A DNA stretch of 64,000 nt, taken from NCBI GenBank assembly GCA_013265495.1, contig MU059161.1:5355598-5419597 (forward strand), written 5' to 3'. The notes under the pieces are model-generated. The model worked only from the letters and a program-made list of their open reading frames with translations, had not been told where the DNA came from and made no database searches. Positions 12,290 to 27,810 of this stretch are shown here, piece after piece (the stretch's first letter is position 1; each line of letters opens with the position of its first letter). A program made the position numbers and the translations under genes. This DNA is from Vicugna vicugna (Eukaryota).

Positions 12290-13370
12290 TTCTTTGACGA
12301 GATTCTGTCGAGCACTAACTATGTATTAGACACTGGCCCACGACTTTGGGATACTAGCCATTTGCTGAACAAAGAAATTCATAAACACTGCGTTACAATG
12401 CAGTAGGATAAATGGTCCAGCAGAGGAACGTGCGTGCCAAGGGGGTCCTTCTTGGGAAGGAGTGTAAGGTTATCCAGAGGAACTGGCTTTTAAGCTGCAA
12501 GACTAGGAAATTTCCAGACAAAGCGGGACATAAAAGGCATTCCAGGAAATGAGGAAACTTACGCATGATGGAACACACAGTATTTGAAGCCAGCTGAGTA
12601 GTTCCCAGTGGCCGGGGGGAAATACGAGACCCAGCAGGTAAGAGGCTTAGTATCACATTCAAAGGACTTGAAAAATTAGCTAAAGGAAACAATAGGAACC
12701 AAGACGAAATTGTTTAGCAGGAGAGTGACATGATCAGATTCTACTTTTCAGGTAATTTAGAACCCTGTGTGGAGGATTACTTAGGACGGGGCAAAAGGGA
12801 CCTGTGGCAGAAAAGACCAGTTAGTGTTGAAGTGACCAATGATAAAGGTCTTCATGGACCAGAGACAGAGGGGATGAGGCTAAGGGGCTGGCTAAAGAAA
12901 ATAGAATCCAGTTTGATGTGTGTTGTGAAGGAGCAGAGTGAGGCAATGAGGACTATAATTTCTTCATGGAGTCATGGTTAATGGTGTTGAACAAGAAAAG
13001 AAATGTAGGAAGAGAATTTTGTGGAGGAAGATCAGGCGTGTGTTTTGGTATATGGTGAATTTGAAGTACCCATGAGATATCAAGATGGAAAGATCTGTAG
13101 GTGGTTCAAATATACATATGGGGAGAGAGAGAGAGAGGACTCATAAAAAGGGTAGGGGAAGGTGGTGTCTTGGAAATTAAAATTAAACTCCATGAGTTCA
13201 AGTGAAACCAAAGGATGAGAGGAAGAGACAGCTTGTCCAGGTAGACCCCTGAACAAACAAGAGCTCTTCTGTTGTTCTTTCCTTTCCAGCACCTTTCAAA
13301 TCTTCCATGGCCAATCTCTCTCCTCACCCATTGAAAGTGGTGAGTTTGCAGCTGTCTCTTCATTTCCATT
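12290..13370 (-). mobile_element. Fragmented L2 LINE
   Basis: Typical purine-rich L2 reverse segments, e.g. gtgttttggtatatggtgaatttgaagtacccatgagatatcaagatgga. Confidence 0.6.
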
Positions 13371-16094
13371 TCCAAAGGAACATACTTGGATAATAGAAGA
13401 AATTTTTTTTCTGAGAAAGACTTCCTATTCTTTTCCCTTAAAATATTTGAGGCATTTTACAACTTAAACCAAGCAGATTTTCTCCTGGGAGCTACAGCCA
13501 GAAGACAAATGCATGATCTGTCATGGAGTCAAAGCCTTCCAGAAAGGCTCTGTGATTTTTAGAGTAAATGTGAAGAGAAAGTACAGGGAGGTATGGCTGA
13601 AGGAGCAGAGAACAAGGTGAGGGAAGGAGGAGGGAGGAAAGGGAGCTGATTCCTTAGGACACTGCTTCCCAAAATGCAATCATTCGTTCACTACCTTCAT
13701 GGTTTTTGTGAAGCTCCCCACACACCACCTGCACAATTATTTACTTAATTTTTTTCCTCTCTAAATCAATCCACTTTTTAACCTTAAAAAACATGGCTAC
13801 AAAACAAGCAAAATAACTTGAAAATGGAGACCTGCATCACTTAGAGTAAATACGTAGGGAGACTAGTTCTGAAAGTTAAAAAGCTTCCATAAAGAATTAG
13901 AAAGGATTACATTCTGGCTGAATACTGTTGCTTGCCCATGGCTATGAACCTGAAACATGCTTTTTCTTAGCAAAGTGTGATAAGCGGGCATTAGAAAGGT
14001 TTTTAAAGACATTCTAGCAACAAAGTCAGGCTTCTCCCTTTAGGCAAATCAGAGAGATTGAAATGAATTTGATAAGAGAATAACCTTCTCACTCATAAGT
14101 AATTCAGTGCTATTTAATCTTGGGTACCACAGGTGGCATTGATGAAACCCTTTGCGTAGCTTGTCCTAGGATTAGTGCTCAGCAGAGATGAGGGGAGTGG
14201 GGACTAAACAGCCTGGAGCCAGCTAGAGCCCTAAGGCCAGTTCCCACGCGCTTTCCTTGGAGCCCACAGCAGGCAGAACTCAAAGGAGTCCGTTTTTCCT
14301 GGTGTGTGGGAGCTCCTGAGAGCCGTACGTGGAATCTTTGGGCGCTGGTCTTGGTTGAGCTCTCCTTGGTGAAGCAGGATCTACCAAAGTGATTCCTGGT
14401 TAAGAAGAAAGCCAGTGAGGCTTTGAGGAGTGGGTGGGCAGAAGGCTCCTCTCGGGGCAGAGAGCGTGAGCTGGATAGAACCAATGACCCCACGTGCCTG
14501 GATTGAAGCAAGCAGCGCAGCCATAGCCTTGGGCTGGTGGGGCCACTTAGAAAACCTTATGGATTGCTAACTTCGCAGTAGCATCTCCAGCAAGCCATCC
14601 ATCTCGCACCCATATGCTTTATGTACAGTGACGTGCACTGGGCCCATCCATCACAGGGAGAGAGACTGCAGCTTAGCAAGGCCTGAGGATGAGTATTTCA
14701 CATCACTGACGTATTAGTTTGTTAGATCTGACTTTCCAGGATGCAACACAGGGTTTGAAGTCATTTGAAATGTTTAAAAAAAAAAAAAAAGACAACTTTC
14801 ATCTTCCCCCAGTTACTATGACAGGGATGTTGTTTTGATCTCTTTGCCTTCATCAAATTAATTGCCCGTTCCTTCTCAATGGCTTAGATACAAGGGTATA
14901 GATACTGTCTGGAAGAACGGTGTGGCTTTGAATGGTAATGAGGGGTGGAGGCATACAATGGCCGCTCTTCTTGGAAAATTGGAAAGGGATGTGTGCATGA
15001 AGGTTTGCTAAGCCATCCAGGGGTGTAACTGAATTTAGAATGTTTGCCTCGGATGTTTGAAGTAGGGACTCGAAAATGAAAATGCTCTCCGACTTGTTGG
15101 AAGGTTATGCTTTAGCCAAATATTATCATTTTTAATTCAGCCTAGAACATCAGAACACCGGAACTGAAAGGGACCTGATTAAAGGCCCTCATTTTTCAGA
15201 TGAGGAAACTCAGAGGCCAGAAATGAATTGCCCAAGGCCAGGGCATGAAACTCAACAGTAGATTGAGAAATAACCATTTGCCCTTTTCATTTGTGGAACC
15301 TAAATAAAAAGTCATCTTAAGGTAACAGGAAGTAACATCATCTGGCTGCTGAAAAAAAGAGACTGTCCCAAGTTTAAATGGAAGTTAGTTAAAAATAATT
15401 CTTTTTGCTTATGAGGAAAAGTTTTTTTGTCCTCCCTAACAGTCTAGACATGTAATGGTTTTTGTCTTCCTGGTGATTGGGAAATTTGCTTAAGATAGGG
15501 GATACTAAAACAAAAAAGGAGCAAAAAAGGTACACATTTGATGAGACTTCCTAATTATTCTTTCCAATGCACAAGCCTTTTTCCAGGGCCCCCTTTTAAG
15601 AGGAGCTATTTCATTCCCGTGTAAAGGGCATTTTCTGTGAGAGGTCCTGAAACTTCTGTTATTTGGTGACAACACTGTGTGGTCCTGTGGCTCCCTAGGT
15701 GTAAAGAGTTGACAGTTCAGTGAGAAATGCCCAAGGCCTCGCCTGGGGGTCGGGGCCTCCTGACTTCCAAGCCACCCCCTCCACGCCCCCCTGCCCTTGT
15801 TAGGATGAAGGCGCAGGATTCTGCTGCAGAGAATGAGACATGTCAAAAAGAAGACACAGGTGACCCAGTTTGCTCAGGCCCTGGATGCCTTTCTCATCAG
15901 AGAGAGAGAAGTAATAGAGAAAAATCAAACCATACACTTTTGTTAAACAAAATTAGATGCTATCAACTGAAATGACAGCTTTTGACCATTTTTGCACTGT
16001 GCCACTGGAAGTGGACTTCCAGCGCAGAGGGCATCGATCTTTCCAGTGATGACGGGAATCAGCTCTCGGGTTTGTACAGAATTTTGCTGTTACA

Positions 16095-16255
16095 AAAGGC
16101 ACTCACATGTATTTTCTCATTTGCTCCTCATGGCAGCTCTGAATGGGGGATAATTGCTCCCACTCTACAGATGAGGAAACTGAGCCCTGAACAAGTTAGC
16201 AGGTGTAGACTTGGGGGTGTTGACTCCAAATTTTGTGCTCTTATCACTGTATGAT
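16095..16255 (-). mobile_element. MIR SINE
   Basis: ccactctacagatgaggaaactgagccctg. Confidence 0.7.
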
Positions 16256-16424
16256 CTTCCTCTTTTATTGCTTATAAAAATCCACCCTGTTGCAGCAACC
16301 TTATCCCCTGCTGGAAAGAAATAATGTACTTAGAAATGGATATACGGTGTTCAGCACAGTTCTTGACATGTTCTCACTGCTTGGCGTGTGATTGCTACTG
16401 TGGAGGAAGAGGCGGTGTGATACA

Positions 16425-16655
16425 CTAATCAGATCACAGGGTTTGGGGTCAGAAAGATCTGGAGTTGAGTCCCGAGTCTCTGAAAATTTGACTTGAAGGC
16501 CCCTTCTGCTCTCTGAAAATGCTGTATGTGAGTGGGGCCAAGTGGCTGAACTCCCCTGAGGACATTAACACCTACCTCACGAGGCAGACTGTGAAATGAG
16601 GTGCAAATGGGCATGCAGAGTTTAGCACAGTGCCTGTAGTTAGTGTTCAGTAAGG
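16425..16655 (+). mobile_element. MIR SINE
   Basis: gggtttggggtcagaaagatctggagttgagtccc...acacctacctcacgagg...gtttagcacagtgcctg. Confidence 0.6.
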
Positions 16656-16753
16656 GGAGGGGTGCTTATCTCAAAAGGATTTCCTCATGGACCTGATTGT
16701 GAGGAAACAAAGCAATGCCTGCCTTGGAACCAGATGTTAACGTTTCATAGTTA

Positions 16754-17020
<267 letters not shown>

Positions 17021-17164
17021 CTATGGGCACAAGTCCCATGGGGTGCATGCATTCTACCGGCTCATTCCCTGCAGCACAGCGCTGCCCCTCTCGTGGGTAC
17101 CAAAGTCTGAAGCTGCATGGCCAAAACAAATAAAGAAACAAGAAACCCATATTAATAGGACCTC

Positions 17165-17350
17165 ATATTTCTGGAGGGCTTTATAAATGTTTAAGCACTT
17201 TGACATCTGAGGTTTTCTTCATACCCACAACAAGCCTGTAGGATGAGTCAGTTAATCTTACCCTCACATGATAGATGGGGAAATTGAAGGACTTTGCAAA
17301 TGAGTAGAGGAGGATGATGAAAACTCCTGATCCTTTAGTTGAGGGCATGT
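17165..17350 (-). mobile_element. MIR SINE in INSYN2B intron 2
   Basis: taagcactttgacat...cacaacaagcctgtaggatg...gatagatggggaaattgaagg. Confidence 0.55.
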
Positions 17351-18121
17351 CTCTCTGTATCATCGCAGTGCTTCTCTCTTGTAAGGCAATGTTGATTCTG
17401 ATTCACATCAGAAAATGCCAGTTAATTACGTCTTCCCTCCCTCACCCTTTTGTTGATTAGCTTTGGCCATTCCTCCTTCTCAGCCTTTAGAGAGCACTGT
17501 TTCAAGGGAAGAGCATTCCACACCTAAACAAGTCACTGCCTTCCCCTCCCCAGACTGGTGCTGAGTCACCCAGGAAAGCATTTTGTGACTTTCCTTCTCT
17601 TTGCAGAATTGTGATCTCATTTCAGTTCCTCCTTAGCTGGTCCGCGATGGACGGGCTCAAGCCTTCAAAGTGGTCAGTGGTGGGAAAGGGCAACAGGTGG
17701 CTTATCGGCCACCTCAAATCCTCCGTGACAAGGAACTGAAATCCAGTGCAAATGCAGTAACTTGCTACCAGGATGGGGCGGGGCGGGGAGCACCTGCATG
17801 CTGTCACTTATCCCCATCATTTATCAACTGGACACACATCTTAATAAAAGTCATTTTCGACCCTGCTGCTTCATTGCCCCCTTTCTCCAGTCTGTTGATT
17901 CCTGGAAACAAAAACAAATCACCATGGAAATCTACCAAAGCCTAGAATGAAATGAAACCCAGTCAGAACAAAGAGAGGCCATTGCTGGCGATTTTGGGAA
18001 ACATCACCTCACACATTTTGGAGACATTTTACTAACAGAAACCTAAGCTCCCTCTGCCTCTATCCTGACAAAGGACTTAACTCGTAGTTTTTAATATAAA
18101 AGAAAATAATAATTCTCCTTA

Positions 18122-20365
<2,244 letters not shown>

Positions 20366-20619
20366 CTAAAGGGAAGAGACAACAGTTTCAACTGAGAACG
20401 TAGGTCCTGGGGACCTGGGTTTCTCTCCAAATTCCAACCTCCCAGCTAAGCGCTTCTGAGTGGATGGTAGGGGTAAGTCAACTCACTGCCCTTCTGTCAG
20501 TTCCCTTAGGGAGTCAGCCGCCTTGTGGCTGCAGGGCCTCGGAGCAAATGCCTCTCCTCCTGGATTATGTCTCCCTTCCCCTCCCAGGTATCACCCAGCC
20601 AACTCCCTTTCATCCAGTG

Positions 20620-20940
20620 AAGCCCCTGGTTAAGTGTCAGTTTTCCCCAAAATCTTTTCAGTGACTCCTCTGTCATGTCCACTTCTGGTGCCAGATCACA
20701 TAAAGACCCTCCATTATACCTTCTCATCACATCCTTCATAGCGCAGATGGCAGCTGTCCCTAAATCATCATTTGCATGTGTATTTCTTTAGTGTGAATCT
20801 CCCCCCCCCCCAACAACCTGTAAGCTCTAGAATGGCAGGAACTGAAAACACATTTTTACCGCTTGGGTGTTTCCAGCCCTCCTTTTGGTTCACCGCGAGT
20901 GCTTGATGAGCATTTGATGAAAGAGCGTACAGTGAATGAA
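20620..20940 (+). mobile_element. L2 3' region
   Basis: tgtaagctctagaatggcagga...gtgcttgatgagcatttgatgaa. Confidence 0.55.
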
Positions 20941-21139
20941 GGGCAGGTCCTTTGGAAGCAAAGGAGAGCCTGGGGAACGGGGGTTCTAGGTCACAGTGCC
21001 CGGGCAACAGGATGATGGATTCTCTATACTAGGACTGAAACATTTACTCAAGGACAAGATTCTCCCCTAATGTCTTCATTTTTTAAATTGCTCTCCAGGA
21101 GATAAATGTGCATAAAATCCTCCATAGAAGGTGTACCAT

Positions 21140-22375
21140 GTAGTAATAACAGTTACCATTTATTGAACACTTATTTCTACCACACTGTGGGCTTCACATG
21201 CATTAACCATAACAACTCTCATTTACGGAGAACTCACTAATGCACCGGCTGCTGTTCTCAGCACTTTCCAAGCTGCAACTCATTCACTCCCTACCCTGTA
21301 GCAGGAGATACTAGTATTATCCCCATTTTACAGCTGAAGAAACAGAGGGCCAAGGACGCACAGCTCGTGAAGGGGCCAGGGTCTGGACTTAAGCAGTCTG
21401 GCTCCAAACCTGTGCTCTGACCTCTACACTCCGTTGGTTTTCCAATATTGCATTTAATCCTTAGAACAAAACTTGATACAGAGAATGGGCAGAGTCTAGG
21501 GGAACACTCGCCTCCTGTGTTTGAAAAGCAGGGCTGGCCTCTGAAGGCTGCATCATCCTGTAACTCTGGGGAACTGCCCTGTTGATGACCGGTTCCTGGT
21601 CACCCTGCACAACGATCCCAAATAACTCCCCTTTAAAAATCAGTTTCACGTTTCGGTGACTGCAGAATGTTTTAAATCGAGAAGAATCCAGTCGCCTATC
21701 CCCTCCTTCCAAGACTAAGTCCTCTCTGCACCATCCTTTTCACGGAATAAGTAAGCCCACCTGGATACCTGTAGTGACAGGGAGCCCACGACCTAATCTC
21801 ATAGTCCATAGTAAGTACTTTTAGTAATAGTAGCAAATATGTATTCAAAACTTACTATTACCAAGCCCTGTGTTAACACTTGACATTTAATCCTTAAAGT
21901 GCCCTCCTGTATATAACCCCCATTTTGCAGAATGAAGAATTAAGCCTTGTGAGGTTAAGTCAAACGCCTAAAACCACACTGCCCATACCTTTAACCCTTG
22001 TGTTGCAGGGCCTAGATAGTTTTACGTCTGCTTTCGTGGACTTCTTTGCCTAGTTGTCCTCTACGTTCTCCCTCTCTTCAACTGCTCGTTAGTGCTTCAT
22101 TCTTGGAAAGTTAACTGACGAAGGCTCTGCTTGTCTGAAGCTGGTTTTCATCAGAGCTAATGTTTAGTGAACACTGATCATGTGCCAGGCATCCTGACAG
22201 GTGTTCGCTTACTCTTGTACCTTCATCTTCATGGCAGTCTTAGAGGCAGGGGCTGTCAGTCACGCGTTTTGTAAACGAGACAACTTAGGCACAGAGGTTA
22301 AGTAATTTGCCCCAAGTCACTTACCCAGTGAACCCAAGGGCTGACCTTGGAGTACAGGCTCCTGACCACTGGAAT
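21140..22375 (-). mobile_element. Cluster of three co-oriented MIRs (~21140-21430, ~21820-21995, ~22160-22375)
   Basis: Each has the reversed tail and core, e.g. attatccccattttacagctgaagaaacagagg and acttaggcacagaggttaagtaatttgcccaagtcac. Confidence 0.7.
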
Positions 22376-22534
22376 TTCCTTCCTTGTCTAGAACTTGGGG
22401 AAGGACTGATCACCTTGTGCAGGGCTGTCAGGCAGATTTCAAAGTCCCGCCACATGTTCCTTATGAAACTCAGCCATTCTTCTGGTTTTAGCCCCGCTTT
22501 TCCTCCGGGAAACGTATAGAGCCTTCAAGATTTT

Positions 22535-23420
22535 TTTTTTTTTTGATCTTTAGAAACCGTTTTCTGTTTTTAAAGATATTATATGTTCATTGTAAAAATT
22601 CAACTAGTGTAGATAAACCAAAAGGGAAGAAAGCAGATGACCTGATATTTCACCATCCAGAAGGAGCCATGATGCGCCAACGCTTTGGTGAAGTTTATTC
22701 TACACACCTTGCTGTGCAGCATGACACATCTAGCACGTACACTGCATGCATGTGCAAGTTTACAGGAAGCCTTTTTTTACTGAACAGTGCAAAGAAGGTT
22801 ATCATGAAATATAGATTTCACACCATCGTTTTAAGTAGGCTAACAGCACTCTGTTGTCTAGTTATACCATGATCTATTCAAGTAATATCCTTTTGTGGAT
22901 ATTTAGGTTGTTTCTAAATATTTGATATTATTAATAATCCAGTAAATAACTTTTTTTTTTTTTTTTTGCTATATGAACCTTGGAGCACTTGTCTAATTAT
23001 TTTCTCGGCATAAACTCCTGGAAGAAAAACTAGTGGATTCAAGTACCTGTGCATTTTACTTTTTGTGGCTGTTACCTCTTTTCCTTCCAGAAAATTCTAC
23101 CAATGAGCAACCACCATCAGTGCATGAGAAGGCTTTTTTTACCAGAGCCTCTTTGCCACTGTTTGGTCAGTTTCTGTTTATTTTTTCATCATTGCCAATG
23201 AAATGGGAGAGAAATTTGTATTTCATTGGTCTCATCATGGAATTTATTCAAGGTTGGGCACTTTCCATGTGTTTAACTGGTTTCACACTGCATTTGGTAC
23301 AGTTAAAGAACAGGAAAAGTTGAAAGTAGCAATTTGGACAATTAGGCTAATGTGGAGAGTCTTATGTCCTGGACATGACCTAGGAAGCTTAACAAGTATA
23401 AACATTTCCACTTTTAAAAA
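22535..23420 (-). mobile_element. Ancient L1ME-type fragment
   Basis: gtggatatttaggttgtttctaaat...ccttccagaaaattctaccaat...caccatcagtgcatgagaagg. Confidence 0.65.
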
Positions 23421-24891
23421 CTGCGAATTTATATTTCAGTCCTTCTGCCCCCAGTGCCCACCGTGACCTTTGCACAGACATGTCCTGAGGAGGATACCTG
23501 GCTAGAGGGAAAGGACTCACTGTGGCTCCCAGCTGGCCATGAAGTGACAGGGAGTTCCCCGGGCCTTGGTGGTTAGGGCTTAATGAATACCCTGGCCAGA
23601 GCCCAGAATTGCTGCCTAGAGGTGGTTATTACAACCGCCCTTTCACCGCATCGGCTGGGAGTCATTGCAGCTCTTCATTCCCTTGATTATTAATTTACTG
23701 AACACAAAACCAGCCATGTGTGGTCCAGCCATGCCTTTAATCCACATCAGACATTCCTCGTGAGATTGGTGTCCCCTTCGTAAGTACAGCAACATTTAGT
23801 AGTGTCTCTGTAGGTCTTAACCTGTAGACTTTCTCTGGAGCAGAGTTCCATTTCTCTTCTCTATACAGTGAAGGCTTGAGTGCATAGGCTAGTTTAGCTT
23901 ATGACCGACATCGTCTAGAATCTTCCGCTTCCTCACTCTTGACCCGGCACAAGTGACTTGGCCTTCATGAAACCACACAGAGCGTTGTGAGGATTACATG
24001 AGATAACCTATATAAAGTGATCAGCACAGGCAATGTTAGCGCTGCAGATAGAACCTGGCTGGAGATCGCGCTCCTGTGCAAGTTGCCTGGGCACGTCCAG
24101 TTTCCCTTGCGAGAGTAAACTGTAGGTAAATATACAGGCAGGAACCCACGAGGTCGGCATTCCTAGAAATCCTGCCCGTTTCCCTGCTGCCTCCACATTT
24201 GTGTACCACGTTTGTATTACCTTTGCCTGCTTGTGCAGTGTTTATCTGATGACATTTCGCCTTCTCAACTAGACTGCAAGCTCCTTGAGAGCTGAAAGTG
24301 GTCCCAGTCCCCTCGAGCCCCTGGTCCTTACCCCAGCTTGACACACAGCAAGTGTTAAGTAAATTCTTGTCAAAGGAAAGCATATAATCCCACATTACTC
24401 ATTTGCCTCAGCTTCGGTGGCATAGAAATCGTCTCACAGTTAGCATGGAGTAAATGTTTGTGCAACTAATTAATTAAGAGCAAATTAGTTAATTCACTTC
24501 CAGCTGGCTCCTCCTGTCAATGACATATTGTCAAAGAAACAGCATCGACAGGTCTCTGTGATGAACGAACTGGGTCCCTCAGTATATTATGCTTGCTCTG
24601 TTTATGACTCAGATTTAATTGGGTTAAACTTTACTGAGACCCTGTTATGACCTGGGCGCTGTGATCAGCACTGTGGAGATTACAGAGAGGAATAAGACGG
24701 CATCCCTGTTGTAGCCCTAGGAAGGGACCTGACAATGCTGCTTCGTACAGCATCAGTCCCTGGGAGGGGGTAGAGTTGGGGATAACTTGGAGGAAGATAC
24801 TTGATTCATTTCATGCATTCAAAGCCTGCTGTATAGGGTGCTCTGAAAGCACCTTACATTTCAAATGGGGTTTGGACTTTATCCTTTAGGC

Positions 24892-25136
24892 CAGGAGTCA
24901 GCAGTTTTTTTTTTTTTTTTTTTTTTTCTCTCTCTTTCTATAAAGGGCCAGATAGTAAATATTTTCAGCTTTGCCGGCCATAAGGTTTCTGCCACAGCTA
25001 TTCAGCTCTGCCATTGTGGCAAGAAAGCAGCCATAGACAATATGTCAAGAAATGGCTGTGTCTGTATTCTGATAAAATTTAAATGTACAAAACAGGCAGC
25101 GTGGGCTGGGGAGTGGGGCACAGTTTGCCCACCTTG
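24892..25136 (+). mobile_element. MER58A hAT-Charlie element inserted into an L2, carrying an internal T23 run (24905-24927)
   Basis: taaagggccagatagtaaatattttcagctttgccggccata...gcagccatagacaatatgt. L2 sequence continues on both flanks. Confidence 0.85.
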
Positions 25137-25269
25137 GCTGGAGGCAACAGGGAGTCGCTGGTAGGTTTTGAGCGGGAGGCACTGGATTATGTTTCTGTTT
25201 TTCAGAGGAGGCTCCATTGCTGACACACTGGCTTCTCCCTTCTCCTTCTGCGCTTAGAGTCAGTAGTAA

Positions 25270-25460
25270 TAGCCCTTACTATTTATTCCGCACTCTGCAA
25301 CTTACAAAGCATTTTCAAATCCCATGTAATGTCTCCTAGGAATATGGGGAAGCATTGCCCCTGTTTCAGAGAGGAGGAGTCAGCCCCACAAGAGCTGGAT
25401 GGCTTGTCCTAAGTCACAGAGGTGGAGCTGGAACCCAGTCCCCCTGAGGCCAGCCTCTGG
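25270..25460 (-). mobile_element. MIR SINE
   Basis: ccctgtttcagagaggaggagtcagcc...cttgtcctaagtcacagaggtggagctggaacccag. Confidence 0.55.
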
Positions 25461-26069
25461 GCTCTAGTGGAGACCCCCAAGACACCCCCCCCTTCATTTA
25501 GCCGACCAGCTGTCTAACCACTTTACATGTTGACCGTGTTTCCTCGGCTGGAGGATGCATCCTTAAAGGGGAGGAACATATGTCTCATGCTCCTTTTATG
25601 TCTTCTAATGTAAGAGGCACAGGAGCCACTTCAAAAATAACCCCTGATCACTCACCCTTAGGTCTCGTGGTTCTTCCCATCAAAGTTTCTATTCCCATCC
25701 ATTTGTATTTGCTTAATTTCTTGGTCAAGCCTGTTGGCAAATTTTACTGCGTACCTGTCTGAAATCAAAGAGTTAATGTTTGTGATCCAAGCCTTTGTTT
25801 ATCTTTCCAATTTGAAAATTGCCCCAGTGGCTTTCTCCATAAGGAATAGAGGGCTGGTTAAAAATCTGGGGTCTGTTTCAATCCATACTTTCCCGCAAAT
25901 GGCCAAGAAGTCAAAGGGAACTGGCTTTCTTTTTACCATCTGGAATTACTAAGCATACGGGGTGTACTTGGAGGCAGCATTCGGCACCAGAAGGCGAGAT
26001 TAAGATCAAAACTCATATGTTTGGAATCTAGAAAGATATTAGATATGTAGTGATCAGGAAATCTTTCTC

Positions 26070-26695
26070 TCAGATTTCATTGTGCCGTGTTTGACCCTTT
26101 CTCACAATTGCTGCTTTTCATACCATGTCTCTGTCATCTCCCATCCGTACCACTGAAAGAGGTGTCTCCATTCTTGCCCCCTTTACCATCCGTTCTCCAC
26201 ACAGCAGCCAGAGTGATCTTTATAAAATTTAATCAGGTCACATCAGGCCCCTCTTTGAAACCCTTCAAAGGTAACCTATGGAATTTATACTAAAATCTAA
26301 ACTCTTTACAGGATCTACAAGAACTGACATCATCTGGCCTTATCTACCTTCCTGGCCCCATCTCATCTCTTACCATTTCCCCCTTGCTTTCTATGGCCTG
26401 GATCCCCCAGCCCTGGACATGCCAGATTCATTCTCAACAACTGGCCATTCCTTTTGTCTGGACTGCTCTTCCCCCCAGGTCTTTCCAAGGCTGGTCTCTC
26501 TGCCCATAAAGCCTCCGCTCCAAGGATGTCCTCTCCAGGAGGCTGTCCCCAGCCTCCTCTCCATCCTCCACGTCCCTCTGTGCAGCTGCACCCTGTTCTA
26601 TTAGCTTGTTTGTTTATTTGTTGATTGTCTGTCCCTGTCCCCTTTTATTGAGGAGCCTCAATAAACACTTAATAAATAAATGAGTGAATGAATTC
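26070..26695 (+). mobile_element. L2 3' region
   Basis: ctccacacagcagccagagtgatctttataaa...ctcaataaacacttaataaataaatgagtgaatgaa. Confidence 0.8.
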
Positions 26696-26779
26696 TTAGA
26701 GTCTTCAAGAAATCATACAACCTTAGAAACAGAACAGAGAACTTCAAAATTTGACACCTTGGGGAGCATCTCATTCAAA

Positions 26780-26961
26780 GCTTTCAAATCTCCTTTAGCC
26801 GTGGGATCGTATTTCCAAATCCAAGCTGAAGCCTAATCTCAATGTGTAAGACAGAATGAAGCTGAGCTGTTCTAGAAAAAGTGGGGGAAGCAGTGCTCCC
26901 CCACTCTGAGCCACACCCTAGAGTCCTAGGGCTCCAAGAAAGCCCGGTTTGAAAACCACTG
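26780..26961 (-). mobile_element. MER117-like hAT element
   Basis: Minus strand begins cagtggttttcaaacc...ggagccctagg and contains acagctcagcttcattctgtcttacacattg. Confidence 0.6.
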
Positions 26962-27399
26962 AGATACACCCTTTCATTCTACAGATGGAGAAACTGAGTC
27001 TCTGAGCAGCTCTCCTCTACCAATAAAGTCCTCGAAAAGAACGGGGTCCGATTTATATCCCAGCCTCCAAAGTGGTCCAAGGCACAGAGCAGGAGCCCTG
27101 GGAACGTATCAAACTGTTCAGGTGATGCTGAGTTAAGCTGACGTGAAACTGGTTGCAAAATCTAGGGCCACTGTTCTCCATAGGAGCCGTTAGGATGGAG
27201 ACCGTGGCTTCCATCCGGCTCAGGGTCAGGCACCCGGTTTAGAACCAGGTCCAGTGGAGAAGACCTGCTTCCTGCTCCCGGAGGCCTCTCACATGGATGG
27301 GCAGGCTGCCAACTCTTGTTTGTTTTTCTCTGCTACTCCAGCCCCCGGTTGCATTTTCAGAGAAGCCCAGGGAAGATAGGGTTGCCATCTCCCTCTGCC

Positions 27400-27810
27400 T
27401 CTTCTTCATTCTTATTCTCTTTCTTCTCCCTCCTCTTCATTTTTTTAAAAAATTAGAAAATGTTTGAGGCATGCAGAACAGCCCAAAGGAGACACAGTGA
27501 ACATAAACCCTTTGAACCCACAGCCCAGCTTCAGAAAGAAAATGTTTCGAATCCAGCAAAGGCTTCCTCCTCTGCTCCCTCTCCTCTCTCCTTTTATCCC
27601 CTCTTCTGTCTCCCCGCCTCCTTCTCCTTCTTTTCTGTTTCCTCCCGCACTTCTCCTCCCGATTTCCCTCTCCGGCTCCTTCCCAGCTCTTTGCCTTGCC
27701 ACCTCTCTCCCGACAGGGTATTTATCACACCCTCCCCGCTCATCCTTGTCCACCCCTCCCTTTCTTTCCTTCCTCCCCAGCCCCTTCTCTTGCCTCCTTC
27801 TTCTCCCCTG
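27400..27810. repeat. C/T-rich low-complexity tract
   Basis: Long pyrimidine-biased stretch, strongest at ~27560-27810. Confidence 0.8.

Noticed and set aside
12737-12757. Second recursive-splice-like site (ctacttttcAG|GTAATT)
   Set aside because: It lies in L2-derived sequence and has a short tract; most likely chance.
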